Virus record (IMG/VR): IMGVR_UViG_3300027899_000001
Location: 124,001 to 188,000 of that record
Direction: 5' to 3' (one strand)
Length of the DNA: 64,000 nt
Under the pieces are notes generated by a model that had not been told where the DNA came from, made no database searches, and saw only the letters and a program-made list of their open reading frames with translations. A program made the position numbers and the translations under genes. This document shows, piece by piece, positions 8,983-18,055 of the stretch (position 1 is the first letter of the stretch; each line of letters opens with the position of its first letter).

Positions 8983-10014
8983 TTATTGATTTATAAAATT
9001 TATACAATCTAATATTATAGTTTCTTTATTTTTTAAATATTCAGATTCCCATATTATTTTTATATCATATCCATTTTTTCGAGCTTTATCTAATTTAATT
9101 TTTTCATTTTCCCATATTTCGCTTGCATGTAATTTTAAAAATGATAAAGGTATATCATGTGCTTTATATAATTCGGGATTTGCATGAAATTTATCACCAT
9201 TAAATTCTATAATTTTTTTATTATCTTTTACTACAAAATCAAAATTTTTATTAGTTCCACATGCAAATTCGTGATTTAATTCTCCAAAATATATACTTTC
9301 ATATTTATCACATATCTGTTCATAAATTTTCCAAAATATCTGTTGCGATATTTTAGACCAATTTTGTTTATTAATTTTATTAAATTTATGCCAAAATGAT
9401 GTATCAGATAACGTTTGTTTGTATTCTTTATATTTTTTATCTGCTTTTTCTTTTCCTAATTTTTCTATCCATACATCATAAACTGATTTTCCATACATAG
9501 GGTTATTACTTCCGCTTAATGATTGTGATACTTTTTCTCTTTTTAATTCTTTTCTTTTATCTGCTTCTTCTTTTCCATATTTTTTAACCCAAATATCATA
9601 TACAGTTTTTGCATACATTGGATTTTTTTCACCAATATATTTTCCTTTATTTTTTCCTAATAGACTATTATGTAACTTGATACGAGTTTCGGGTTTAACA
9701 ATTTTTCCAGTTTGGGAATCACTTTGTTTTTTTCGGGTTTCATTAGATACAATTTTATGATACATAGGGTTTTTTTCGCCTAATCTACGACAATGTCTAC
9801 AATAGAATTTTTTATTTATATTGGGCAAATTTTGTAAAATAATTTTTTTCCCGCACTCATCACATATAACTATAAATTGGTTGTTAAAAAAATCTTTTCT
9901 TGGTATTTCAACACCATTTTCAGATATTAAAATGTGTTTATTTTTATTTATAATTTTATAAATTATAAATTTTTCATTCTTATAAATTATAGTAGGTATA
10001 ATTTTTTGTTCCAT
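8983..10014 (-). CDS. Vsr-like (EDxHD-type) homing endonuclease with NUMOD3-like repeats
   Basis: Three NPMY repeats; IIEFNGDKFH...GYDIKIIWE. Confidence 0.8.
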   Translation of the reverse strand: MEQKIIPTIIYKNEKFIIYKIINKNKHILISENGVEIPRKDFFNNQFIVICDECGKKIILQNLPNINKKFYCRHCRRLGEKNPMYHKIVSNETRKKQSDSQTGKIVKPETRIKLHNSLLGKNKGKYIGEKNPMYAKTVYDIWVKKYGKEEADKRKELKREKVSQSLSGSNNPMYGKSVYDVWIEKLGKEKADKKYKEYKQTLSDTSFWHKFNKINKQNWSKISQQIFWKIYEQICDKYESIYFGELNHEFACGTNKNFDFVVKDNKKIIEFNGDKFHANPELYKAHDIPLSFLKLHASEIWENEKIKLDKARKNGYDIKIIWESEYLKNKETIILDCINFINQ

Positions 10015-10064
10015 AGTTTTTAATTTATATATTCATACAAATTATGTATGTATGTATATTGATA

Positions 10065-10898
10065 CTAATACTGAATAAGTAAATGTTTATTTATGTCTAA
10101 ATCTTTCGCAGATATCCATTTAGCATATTCTAATAAATTTTCATCATTAACAATATTTTCATATTCCTTTTCTATTATAAAAAATTCGTGATTTTTTGTG
10201 CATTTTATATCATTAATTTCATAAATTTCTTCATTAGTTTCATATTCAAATTTATTAATTACTTTTTTATATTCATTTGAGTGTGTTAATACTTCATCAC
10301 CAATATCAATATTTTCAATATTTTTTTCTTCTTTTTTTAATTTAATATTTTGTCCAGGAATAAAACAGCCGGTGCCTATTGAAATTCTCACATAATCAGC
10401 TCCAGCATTTCCAAGATTAACAAAGGTTTCTGGATTTGCCACATTACCAACCATTAAAATAAGGTGAGGCCAGTTTTTCTTTATTTTTCCAACTAAAGGA
10501 ATTAACTTACTCATATGGCCATTAGCAATATCTATAAGAACATTAGGATAATTATAAAATGCATCATTATTTAAAGGAACCCAAATATCTGGTCTATTAC
10601 ATTCTTTTTCATAATGTTTTAGTTGTGTTTCTATTTCACATAATCCAAATGATTGAAAATAAGAAGATGTAGCTATAAGATGTTTATCAGAATTTCCACG
10701 AGGAATACATGGAATAATGCCTTGTTCAATATATTTGCCATAATTTTCTTCAGATACAACAGTATCCATAGGACTTGCCATTAAAGGTAGTTTATTATTT
10801 TCAGTATATTTTATTTCGCATTCACTTCTACTTGATATTTCGCTTTCTTCAGCAGGATACAAGACGATATCATTTAAATCGAATTTTAATTCTCTCAT
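10065..10898 (-). CDS. IMPDH/GMP reductase N-terminal half plus split intein N-part
   Basis: ASPMDTV, IDIANGH, GNVA, GADYVRISIGTG|CFIPG; no CBS domains. Confidence 0.9.
   Translation of the reverse strand: MRELKFDLNDIVLYPAEESEISSRSECEIKYTENNKLPLMASPMDTVVSEENYGKYIEQGIIPCIPRGNSDKHLIATSSYFQSFGLCEIETQLKHYEKECNRPDIWVPLNNDAFYNYPNVLIDIANGHMSKLIPLVGKIKKNWPHLILMVGNVANPETFVNLGNAGADYVRISIGTGCFIPGQNIKLKKEEKNIENIDIGDEVLTHSNEYKKVINKFEYETNEEIYEINDIKCTKNHEFFIIEKEYENIVNDENLLEYAKWISAKDLDINKHLLIQY
10068..10367 (-). mobile_element. Split intein N-part (100 aa)
   Basis: CFIPG block A and CTKNHEF block B; ends at a TAG stop. Confidence 0.9.
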
Positions 10899-10913
10899 AT
10901 TTTTACATATTAA

Positions 10914-10936
10914 AAGTCCTTAGAAATTAAGGACTT
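10914..10936 (-). terminator. Intergenic hairpin, possible terminator
   Basis: AAGTCCTTA-GAAAT-TAAGGACTT. Confidence 0.5.
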
Positions 10937-10940
10937 ATGA

Positions 10941-11810
10941 TTATTGAATATCTTCAGCTTCCACATTTTCTAAATCTTTACCGGGTTTATTTATTATATT
11001 TCGCAAGATCGGTTTAGTTTCTTTTTCCGGTGTTTTTGGTTTAGATAATATTTCTGGTTCTTCTTCTGATTTTTGTTCTATTTCTTCTTCGCGATCTTCA
11101 TATTCTTCCTGAGTGGTTAATTCCCAATCTTTTCCTAATTTTTTAAGTTCTTTTATAGTATCTTTTGCTGTTATATCCATTATTTTTGACGCACCCGTTA
11201 CAGGATTTATAAAATAGAATTTTTTAGTAATATCTGTTTTATCTACAGGCTTAACTTTTGATATTTCTGGTTCTTTTTCTTCTGGTTCTTCAAATGGTTC
11301 TTCTATAGGTTTTCCATCTACAGTTACTTCTGGTTCTTCTATAGGTTCTTCTATTGGTTCTTCTGGCTTAACTGCAACATCTCCGCCATCAGGCTTATCT
11401 TTAACCATAATAACAGGTTTTCCAGTATCTTCATCCTTTTGAAGAACTATTTCTTTGCTTCTTTGAGATACACTTCTCCAATCTCTTTTTTCAAGATCAT
11501 AAAACGTAGCAACTTTAGGAGATGATGGACGAATTCCTTTAGGATGTTGTTCTCCTGGTATATATTTCATCATCGTAGTCCCCTTTGCAGGACGAACTTC
11601 ACCATCAAGTTTTATGAATTCAAAGTTAACGATTTTATTATGAAGTAACTTACGTAGCTCGGGAACTGTGATTGGTTCTCCGTAAAGTAAGCGATCTAAT
11701 AATAATTCTTCATAAAGATAATTTACAATGACTCTATCCTCAAAAGATTCACATACTCGATTTCCAAAGAGTATCTCGGTCATTATATTTTTTATCAATA
11801 ATTCTGTCAT
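10941..11810 (-). CDS. WYL_2/DUF2693-like SH3-fold protein with acidic Pro/Glu tail
   Basis: VNFEFIKLDGEVRPAKGT...FYDLEKRDWRS; EEPIEEP repeats. Confidence 0.6.
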   Translation of the reverse strand: MTELLIKNIMTEILFGNRVCESFEDRVIVNYLYEELLLDRLLYGEPITVPELRKLLHNKIVNFEFIKLDGEVRPAKGTTMMKYIPGEQHPKGIRPSSPKVATFYDLEKRDWRSVSQRSKEIVLQKDEDTGKPVIMVKDKPDGGDVAVKPEEPIEEPIEEPEVTVDGKPIEEPFEEPEEKEPEISKVKPVDKTDITKKFYFINPVTGASKIMDITAKDTIKELKKLGKDWELTTQEEYEDREEEIEQKSEEEPEILSKPKTPEKETKPILRNIINKPGKDLENVEAEDIQ

Positions 11811-11834
11811 TATAATTATCTTTATTTATATATC

Positions 11835-12338
11835 TTAAAACTCAGTATCACTAAAATATTTTACGTATTCAGATTTTATAACAAAACTTACACCAAAAAA
11901 ATCATATTCATCTTCAAATGGTTCAGAAGGATGTGTAGTTATTTCTTCAGTCATACAATCTAAAATATTTGCTTTTTTTAATAAGTATTTTGATAATTCT
12001 ATTTTATTTACTGGATTTTTATCTTTGTTAAAATACCTATCTGAATAATACTGAAAATGAAATATATGCTTTCCTAAATCTTCATATACTCTCATATACT
12101 GTAAACAATTACTTGGAGATATTGGTCTAACTCCTTTATCAGGACGATTTGAATCTGTGTATATATAAATCCGTGTGTTACTTATTAAATCATATATTAT
12201 CTTTCTAGACTTTTTAATTATATTAGAAATTCCTATTCCTAAATCATGAACAGGATCTGATTCTTCAGTAAATTTCTCATTTACTGATTCTAATAATTTA
12301 TCTACAATTATATTTACAAATTTCAAAATATTTTTCAT
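11835..12338 (-). CDS. DPxxDLGIG-tag family, 1 module (probably the frameshifted 4th module of the upstream gene)
   Basis: Internal-type tag ESVNEKFTEESDPVHDLGIG; payload resembles module 3 of 12298..13560. Confidence 0.65.
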   Translation of the reverse strand: MKNILKFVNIIVDKLLESVNEKFTEESDPVHDLGIGISNIIKKSRKIIYDLISNTRIYIYTDSNRPDKGVRPISPSNCLQYMRVYEDLGKHIFHFQYYSDRYFNKDKNPVNKIELSKYLLKKANILDCMTEEITTHPSEPFEDEYDFFGVSFVIKSEYVKYFSDTEF

Positions 12339-13560
12339 ATTCAGGTTTTATTGTAAATTCAAAATCCCATACAGAAAACTCAGAATTTTTATTTGTGTAC
12401 TTATTAACTTCTGGCGCCATTTGAAAATTTGGTTCTAAAAAGGCGTCCAAATTTGATTCCTTTAATAAATCTTTTATATATTTTATTTTGTTTATTTCAA
12501 TGCCATTAACATCTCTATAGATATTACTAAATAAGCCTATATCTAAAATTAACTTTTCTTCGTTAGATGTATTTAATCTATTAAATATACGTAAATGTCT
12601 TAGACTTGATGGCCCTGATATTAATCTAAGATTTTCTTTACGAATGTCAGAATCGTATACATAAATCTTTTTATTAGTACAATCATCTAAGCATCTTTTA
12701 ATTAATTTTTTAATAGAATTTTTAATAGATACTGGCAGTCCAATTCCTAAATCATGAATTGGATCACCTTCTTCTGTAAATTTTTCATTTACATTTTTAA
12801 TACTTTTAAATAAATCTTGATATTCTGGTTTAATATCATATTCTATGGTCTTATTATCATATCCATAATCTCTTTCTTTTCCAGGAAATATTAAATAAGA
12901 ACTTAATCCTACATTTTTTAATGCTCCATTCATACGTGCTTTTAAATGCCATTTATAATATGATTCTATTATAGCTATAATAAATTTATTGTTTGATATA
13001 TAAAGCGATTTAACAAAAAATTGATTATGTCTATACGCTCTGAATTTTTTTAATTTATCTTTAATCTCTTGAGTATATCCTATACCCATATCAGCAATAG
13101 GATCGCTGTCTTCTGTAAAAGCTTCATTTATACGTACATAGTGTTCTTTTTTAGAGGTATCTATTACGCCTGGATCAGATACCCACCTTGAATCTCCATG
13201 TATTCCTGCCGTTTCATAATCTGGAAATTCTCCTCTACGAATATAGAGATCAGTGCCGTTTCTTCTTGATATACGTGGACCATACATAATTCCAGTTCCT
13301 GAACCTTTTATATAAAGACCTACTTTTTCCATTAATCTTCTTCCTCTTTTTACCTCTGCTTCAGTAAGAAACTGCTTATAATATTTCTGCAGCCACTTAA
13401 GTAAGTCAACATGATCAGGATTAGAAAAATCTATTAAACGATTTATAACTGGTTGGCTTACATAAAAATAATAATAAACACGTTTTGCTCCTATATTCAA
13501 ATCATGAACAGGATCTGATTCTTCTTTAAATTTTTCGTTTATATGTTCTCTTACTATCAT
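12298..13560 (-). CDS. DPxxDLGIG-tag family polyprotein, 3 modules (start MIVREHINE at 13560)
   Basis: Three tag copies; ATGA overlap with the upstream gene. Confidence 0.8.
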   Translation of the reverse strand: MIVREHINEKFKEESDPVHDLNIGAKRVYYYFYVSQPVINRLIDFSNPDHVDLLKWLQKYYKQFLTEAEVKRGRRLMEKVGLYIKGSGTGIMYGPRISRRNGTDLYIRRGEFPDYETAGIHGDSRWVSDPGVIDTSKKEHYVRINEAFTEDSDPIADMGIGYTQEIKDKLKKFRAYRHNQFFVKSLYISNNKFIIAIIESYYKWHLKARMNGALKNVGLSSYLIFPGKERDYGYDNKTIEYDIKPEYQDLFKSIKNVNEKFTEEGDPIHDLGIGLPVSIKNSIKKLIKRCLDDCTNKKIYVYDSDIRKENLRLISGPSSLRHLRIFNRLNTSNEEKLILDIGLFSNIYRDVNGIEINKIKYIKDLLKESNLDAFLEPNFQMAPEVNKYTNKNSEFSVWDFEFTIKPEYEKYFEICKYNCR

Positions 13561-14033
13561 ATCGTTATTCCATGTATTGGTGTTTTGCAAACTGCTAAAA
13601 CATCTTCTGTTGTAAATTTTCCAGGATTACCAGAACATATAAAATGATGTTGAACTTCTAGCGGCGCGTATTTTAAAGAACGTAATCTATTGTTTGCGCA
13701 AGAAAAAGTTCCCCAATAATCATTCGATTCTAATACATATTTTGGACATCCTCTTAATGTTGTTAATTTATTTGATTGAATATTAAATGCTCCTATAACT
13801 GTTCCAAATTGAATGTATGGAGGTAATTCTGAATAAGGCCCAAGTTTTCCTTGTGATAAAAAAACATGGCATTCTTCAACATCTATAGTCAAATCATTAT
13901 TTATTGTGTATTTATTTGAAGGTATTCCCATTTTATCTAACCACTCAATTATCATTTTTTTAGAGCCAATGCCCATATCATGAACAGGATCAGATTCTTC
14001 TGCAAATTTTTCATTTATATATAGTGCTCTCAT
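13557..14033 (-). CDS. Tag family, LRR-like payload
   Basis: INEKFAEESDPVHDMGIG; NKLTTLRGCP..V, NRLRSLKYAP. Confidence 0.8.
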   Translation of the reverse strand: MRALYINEKFAEESDPVHDMGIGSKKMIIEWLDKMGIPSNKYTINNDLTIDVEECHVFLSQGKLGPYSELPPYIQFGTVIGAFNIQSNKLTTLRGCPKYVLESNDYWGTFSCANNRLRSLKYAPLEVQHHFICSGNPGKFTTEDVLAVCKTPIHGITI

Positions 14034-14470
14034 ACGACCTCAAAATGTTTATTCCAAATTAAAATATTGGCCTTTTTAGCCCACCATGTCCAGTGTTTTT
14101 TCCAAAAATTGTAATCATAAGAACGAGAAGCAGAGGTATCCCAAGCATTTTTACAATCATCTGGGTCTCCAAATGGAACTGCTTCAATATAGATATTGCC
14201 ATTTTTATATTTTTTAACAGTCATAACTATATAATAAAAATCATTAGCTGTAAGAGTATATCTAACATCACGTTGAGTTTTTTCAAATTCTAACCTATAT
14301 TTATCGCCCTCATCTGCTTTAACATGTGTATATATCATGTATACATCAGTTTTATTATGTATAATATCACTCGGTTTGATATAAGCCCATTTTAATCCTA
14401 TTCCTAAATCATGAATAGGATCACTTTCTTCAGTAAATTTCTCGTTTATGTATTCTTTTACTATTTTCAT
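14030..14470 (-). CDS. Tag family, 1 module
   Basis: MKIVKEYINEKFTEESDPIHDLGIG. Confidence 0.8.
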   Translation of the reverse strand: MKIVKEYINEKFTEESDPIHDLGIGLKWAYIKPSDIIHNKTDVYMIYTHVKADEGDKYRLEFEKTQRDVRYTLTANDFYYIVMTVKKYKNGNIYIEAVPFGDPDDCKNAWDTSASRSYDYNFWKKHWTWWAKKANILIWNKHFEVV

Positions 14471-14493
14471 ATATTCTATTTATCTAAAAAACA

Positions 14494-14517
14494 AAAGCTC
14501 CAATTTCTTGGAGCTTT
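14494..14517 (-). terminator. Rho-independent terminator after nrdJ
   Basis: AAAGCTCCAA-TTTC-TTGGAGCTTT followed by a T tract on the minus strand. Confidence 0.75.
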
Positions 14518-14521
14518 AATT

Positions 14522-17500
14522 TTAGCACTTGGAATATTCGCAGGAATCGCAATGCACACATCCTTCTTCTCGAACTAAATTGCCACCACATTCTGGACAT
14601 TTTTCTTCAAGTTTTTCAATTATATATTTTGAAAGTATTCTTGTTGTAGCAGAACTAAAGGATGTTATATTATCATCAATTTTTCGAATAACTTTTATAA
14701 CATATTGTATTGGTGCTCTTTGTCTTAATAACATTGATGCTGTTAAAGTTAAAGTTCTTTGTTGTACTCGTTCTTCTGCTAATTGAAGATTATCTATTTC
14801 AAACTCACCGTTAATAAATTTGTAATGGCCCTTTTTAACTTTAACAGTTCTTCCGTGTGTATTTTTATCCATTGGTGGATTTTCAAATGCAAATATCTCA
14901 TAAGGCTTTCCTTTATATAAACCTACAATTACAGCAAACTTAATTCCACTTGCAGTTACAACATAATAATCTGCTTTTAATTCTTTAGGACGTTTTGGTG
15001 CATGAACTTCTGAAAAATCGTTTTCTTCTTTTTTGGTTATCAATACTCCTTGTCTTGAACCCTCTCTATAAATCGTACACCCTTTACATCCTGATTTCCA
15101 TGCGTGAAAATAAATTTTATTTACTTCTTCCAAAGATATATTTTCTGGAAGATTATGTGTTACTGAAATACTATGGTCAATCCATTTCTGAATTACTCCT
15201 TGCATTGTAACTTTTTCAATATAATCTATTGTATGAGATTCTGAACCATACCAAGGTGAATCTTTAACAAAACTTTCTACTTCTGCATCAGTTAAACTTT
15301 GTAAAAATTTAAGAGCTCCGTCTTGAGTAAATGTATTATCTGTAGCAGTTGTATACCACTTAATAAATTCAGGATGAAATACATTGTATTCTTGCCATGA
15401 ATCTCCGTTTTCATCTTTATAATCTACTTTGACTCCTGATTCGTTAGGATTTATTTTTCTTCTTCTCTTGTAATAAATCTTAAAAACAGGTTCAATGCCA
15501 GAGGTTGTTCTTGCAAGTATAGCAAGGGAGCCTGTGGGTGCAATAGACAGTGTCGCTATATTTCTTCGACCGTATTTCATATAATCTTTATACTCTGCAT
15601 TATCAAAGTGATTACTGATTACACGAATAATGAAAGGGTTTTGAGCTTCTTTATCTGCATTCCATATTGGAAAACAACCTCTTTCTTTGGCAAGTTGAAC
15701 CGATTCTTTATATGAGTTTACTGCAATAGTTTCAAATACTTTATCAATAAGTGTTGTAGCTTCTTTAGTTCCATATTTAATTCCAAGTTTAGCGAGCATA
15801 TCACCAAGGCCAAGAACTCCAATGCCTGTTCTTCTTCCTTTTCTTAAAACTTCAAGAACTGTTGTCCATACTCTTAATTCTGTTTGTTTTAAATAGAGTT
15901 CTTCTGGGTCACTATTTATTTTGGATATAATAGCCAATATCTTCTCTTCTTCCAATGACACGAGATCATCCATGAGTCTCTGTGAGACTCGAGCCGCTTT
16001 TGCTAATACATTAAAATCAACTTTTGCATTTGATTTATAAGGATTGGATACTACATTATTAAGATTTATAGATAATAACCTGCATGAATCAAATGGTGAC
16101 AGAGGTACTTCTCCGCAATTTTTTACACATATACCCGATGATGTTACAAATAAAGAATCTTCATAATTAGTTATAACGTGATAATTATGATTATCATCAA
16201 CTGTTATATTATAAACATCTTCATATCCATAAAATTCAATCGATTCAACTTTATGATTATTAGCAACTTGATTTCTAAAATTATCAAATGTAGTAAATCT
16301 AAATTCGTTTTCAATTTTTTGAGGATAGCCATTTTCTTTAGCATATTTTCTCCATCCATTTCTAGTAAGCTTTCCTTCTTTTTTAAATAATGTTTTTCCT
16401 GCTGCAATTAAATCGTCATTTGTATACGGGATATATCTTCCATTTTTTTCACCGGGATGAGAAGCAAATGATTGTTTGAATTCATCTGACATTTTATGAT
16501 AAGGATTTTTATCTCCTCTCATTCTTGCTGCATGAAATTCTATATGTTCATCACGTAACATTTTTACTAAATTTTCTGGACGATCATTTTTATTATTAAA
16601 ATCATAATGATGTATAGAATAAAGTTTATGATCAGTTTGTTCATCTTGATTAAAAAATTCATAAATTAGATGATATTGTCTTCTATTTCTAAAATTTCCT
16701 CCTGACATTTTGACTCCAGTTCTTGATACTTGTCTATAACCATTAGCGTCAAATGAATAGAAAGGTATTAAAGATTCTCCTAAAGATAAATCTTTTAATT
16801 GTTTATAATCTAATTTTGATGTTAAAATTTTATGATCGGGTGTTGCAATAAGTTCTGAACCATCATCCAATTTTAATTTCCATACTTCTGCTTTTTTCTT
16901 TGTTAAACGAGGATTTCTTGCCCATTTAATTTCAGTTTTTCCAGTTATTGGATTTGTAGAATATACTGGCACATCTAGTCTTTCATCAGTTAATTGTTTT
17001 ATTGATACCGCGTTTCTTCCATCAGCAGTTGCAATTAAAGTATTTCCTACAATACAAGGATTCGTTCCTTTAGTTGTAAAGCCTTCATCAGCATAACAAT
17101 CTGCTGGAGATTCTTTAATAATGTTATCCCAAAAGAGAATACCCGGCTCGGCATTTTTATGAGCTTGTTTAATTATTAAATCCCACAGTTCCTTTGCCTT
17201 AACTTTCATTATATAAGAACCGTCATCTCTTTTATATAATTTATTGTAAACCATTTGTTCTAAGAATACTGGTTGGTCATCAGTTATAGGCCATCTTAAA
17301 ATATAATCTGCATCTGCTTCAACTGCATGCATAAATTCATCAGTTATTTTCACAGACACATTTGCTCCTGTTACTTTTGTAAGATCATCCTTTTTTGTAA
17401 TAAATTTAGGACTATCTGGATGAGCGATATGCATAGAAATCATAAGTGCTCCACGTCTTCCATCTTGTGCAACTTCACGAGTAGAATGAGAATATCTATC

Positions 17501-17986
17501 CATAAATGATATTGAACCTGTCGATGTTTGAGCAGCGTTATTAACTTTAGCTTGTGAAGGTCTTAAGCCTTCAAGTGTTATTCCAACTCCTCCTCTACGT
17601 TTCATTAACTGAACCATAGATTCGTCTATATTAAAAATTCCTCCATAAGAATCTGCTCCATTATCTATAAAAAAGCAATTTCCTAAAGATGAAATCTGGT
17701 GTTTATTTCCTAATCCAAAAAGTATTGAACCTCCAGGAATGCAATACTTAAAGTGTTCTAAATGTTCTTTTATTGTTTCTCTTGTTAGAGCGTTAGGATA
17801 GTTCATTTCCATTCTATGAAATTCGTCTATCATTCTTGTTATTGTTTCTGTTGGGTGGCCTTCTTCCCATTTGCCATTGTTTTTAAGGGCGTACTTCTTT
17901 GCCCACACGTCGGAGGCGAGAGAGTCATTTTCAAAATAAGACATTCCCGCCTCTACTAACTGTTTTTCAGTATATTCAGTACTCAT
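14522..17986 (-). CDS. nrdJ: Class II (B12-dependent) ribonucleotide reductase with intein and C-terminal Zn ribbon
   Basis: SLGNCF, RRGALM, TNP|C..N|CGE, SIAPTG, SGIEP, IDHSIS.T.N, KGCTIYR; CPEC..CDSC. Confidence 0.92.
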   Translation of the reverse strand: MSTEYTEKQLVEAGMSYFENDSLASDVWAKKYALKNNGKWEEGHPTETITRMIDEFHRMEMNYPNALTRETIKEHLEHFKYCIPGGSILFGLGNKHQISSLGNCFFIDNGADSYGGIFNIDESMVQLMKRRGGVGITLEGLRPSQAKVNNAAQTSTGSISFMDRYSHSTREVAQDGRRGALMISMHIAHPDSPKFITKKDDLTKVTGANVSVKITDEFMHAVEADADYILRWPITDDQPVFLEQMVYNKLYKRDDGSYIMKVKAKELWDLIIKQAHKNAEPGILFWDNIIKESPADCYADEGFTTKGTNPCIVGNTLIATADGRNAVSIKQLTDERLDVPVYSTNPITGKTEIKWARNPRLTKKKAEVWKLKLDDGSELIATPDHKILTSKLDYKQLKDLSLGESLIPFYSFDANGYRQVSRTGVKMSGGNFRNRRQYHLIYEFFNQDEQTDHKLYSIHHYDFNNKNDRPENLVKMLRDEHIEFHAARMRGDKNPYHKMSDEFKQSFASHPGEKNGRYIPYTNDDLIAAGKTLFKKEGKLTRNGWRKYAKENGYPQKIENEFRFTTFDNFRNQVANNHKVESIEFYGYEDVYNITVDDNHNYHVITNYEDSLFVTSSGICVKNCGEVPLSPFDSCRLLSINLNNVVSNPYKSNAKVDFNVLAKAARVSQRLMDDLVSLEEEKILAIISKINSDPEELYLKQTELRVWTTVLEVLRKGRRTGIGVLGLGDMLAKLGIKYGTKEATTLIDKVFETIAVNSYKESVQLAKERGCFPIWNADKEAQNPFIIRVISNHFDNAEYKDYMKYGRRNIATLSIAPTGSLAILARTTSGIEPVFKIYYKRRRKINPNESGVKVDYKDENGDSWQEYNVFHPEFIKWYTTATDNTFTQDGALKFLQSLTDAEVESFVKDSPWYGSESHTIDYIEKVTMQGVIQKWIDHSISVTHNLPENISLEEVNKIYFHAWKSGCKGCTIYREGSRQGVLITKKEENDFSEVHAPKRPKELKADYYVVTASGIKFAVIVGLYKGKPYEIFAFENPPMDKNTHGRTVKVKKGHYKFINGEFEIDNLQLAEERVQQRTLTLTASMLLRQRAPIQYVIKVIRKIDDNITSFSSATTRILSKYIIEKLEEKCPECGGNLVREEGCVHCDSCEYSKC
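16118..17056 (-). mobile_element. Intein (313 aa) with HNH endonuclease, in the RNR active-site loop
   Basis: CIVGNT, ATPDHK, IHHYDFNNKND..NL, VYNITVDDNHNY...VKN|C. Confidence 0.9.
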
Positions 17987-18055
17987 TTTATATTAGAAAG
18001 TTTATTTTAGTTTGGTATAGAATATATATAAGTCATTAACATTCCTTAACAGACA

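Noticed and set aside
5065-10067. TAG recoding (as in Lak-type phages) explaining the split genes
   Set aside because: Reading through the TAGs at 5111, 10065 and 29878 soon hits TAA and does not join the partner ORF; genes are full-length in the standard code.
12231-12290. Tag DP as an Rhs-type DPxG autoproteolysis site
   Set aside because: No Rhs core or protease domain upstream and the spacing differs; Asp-Pro self-cleavage remains only a minor alternative.
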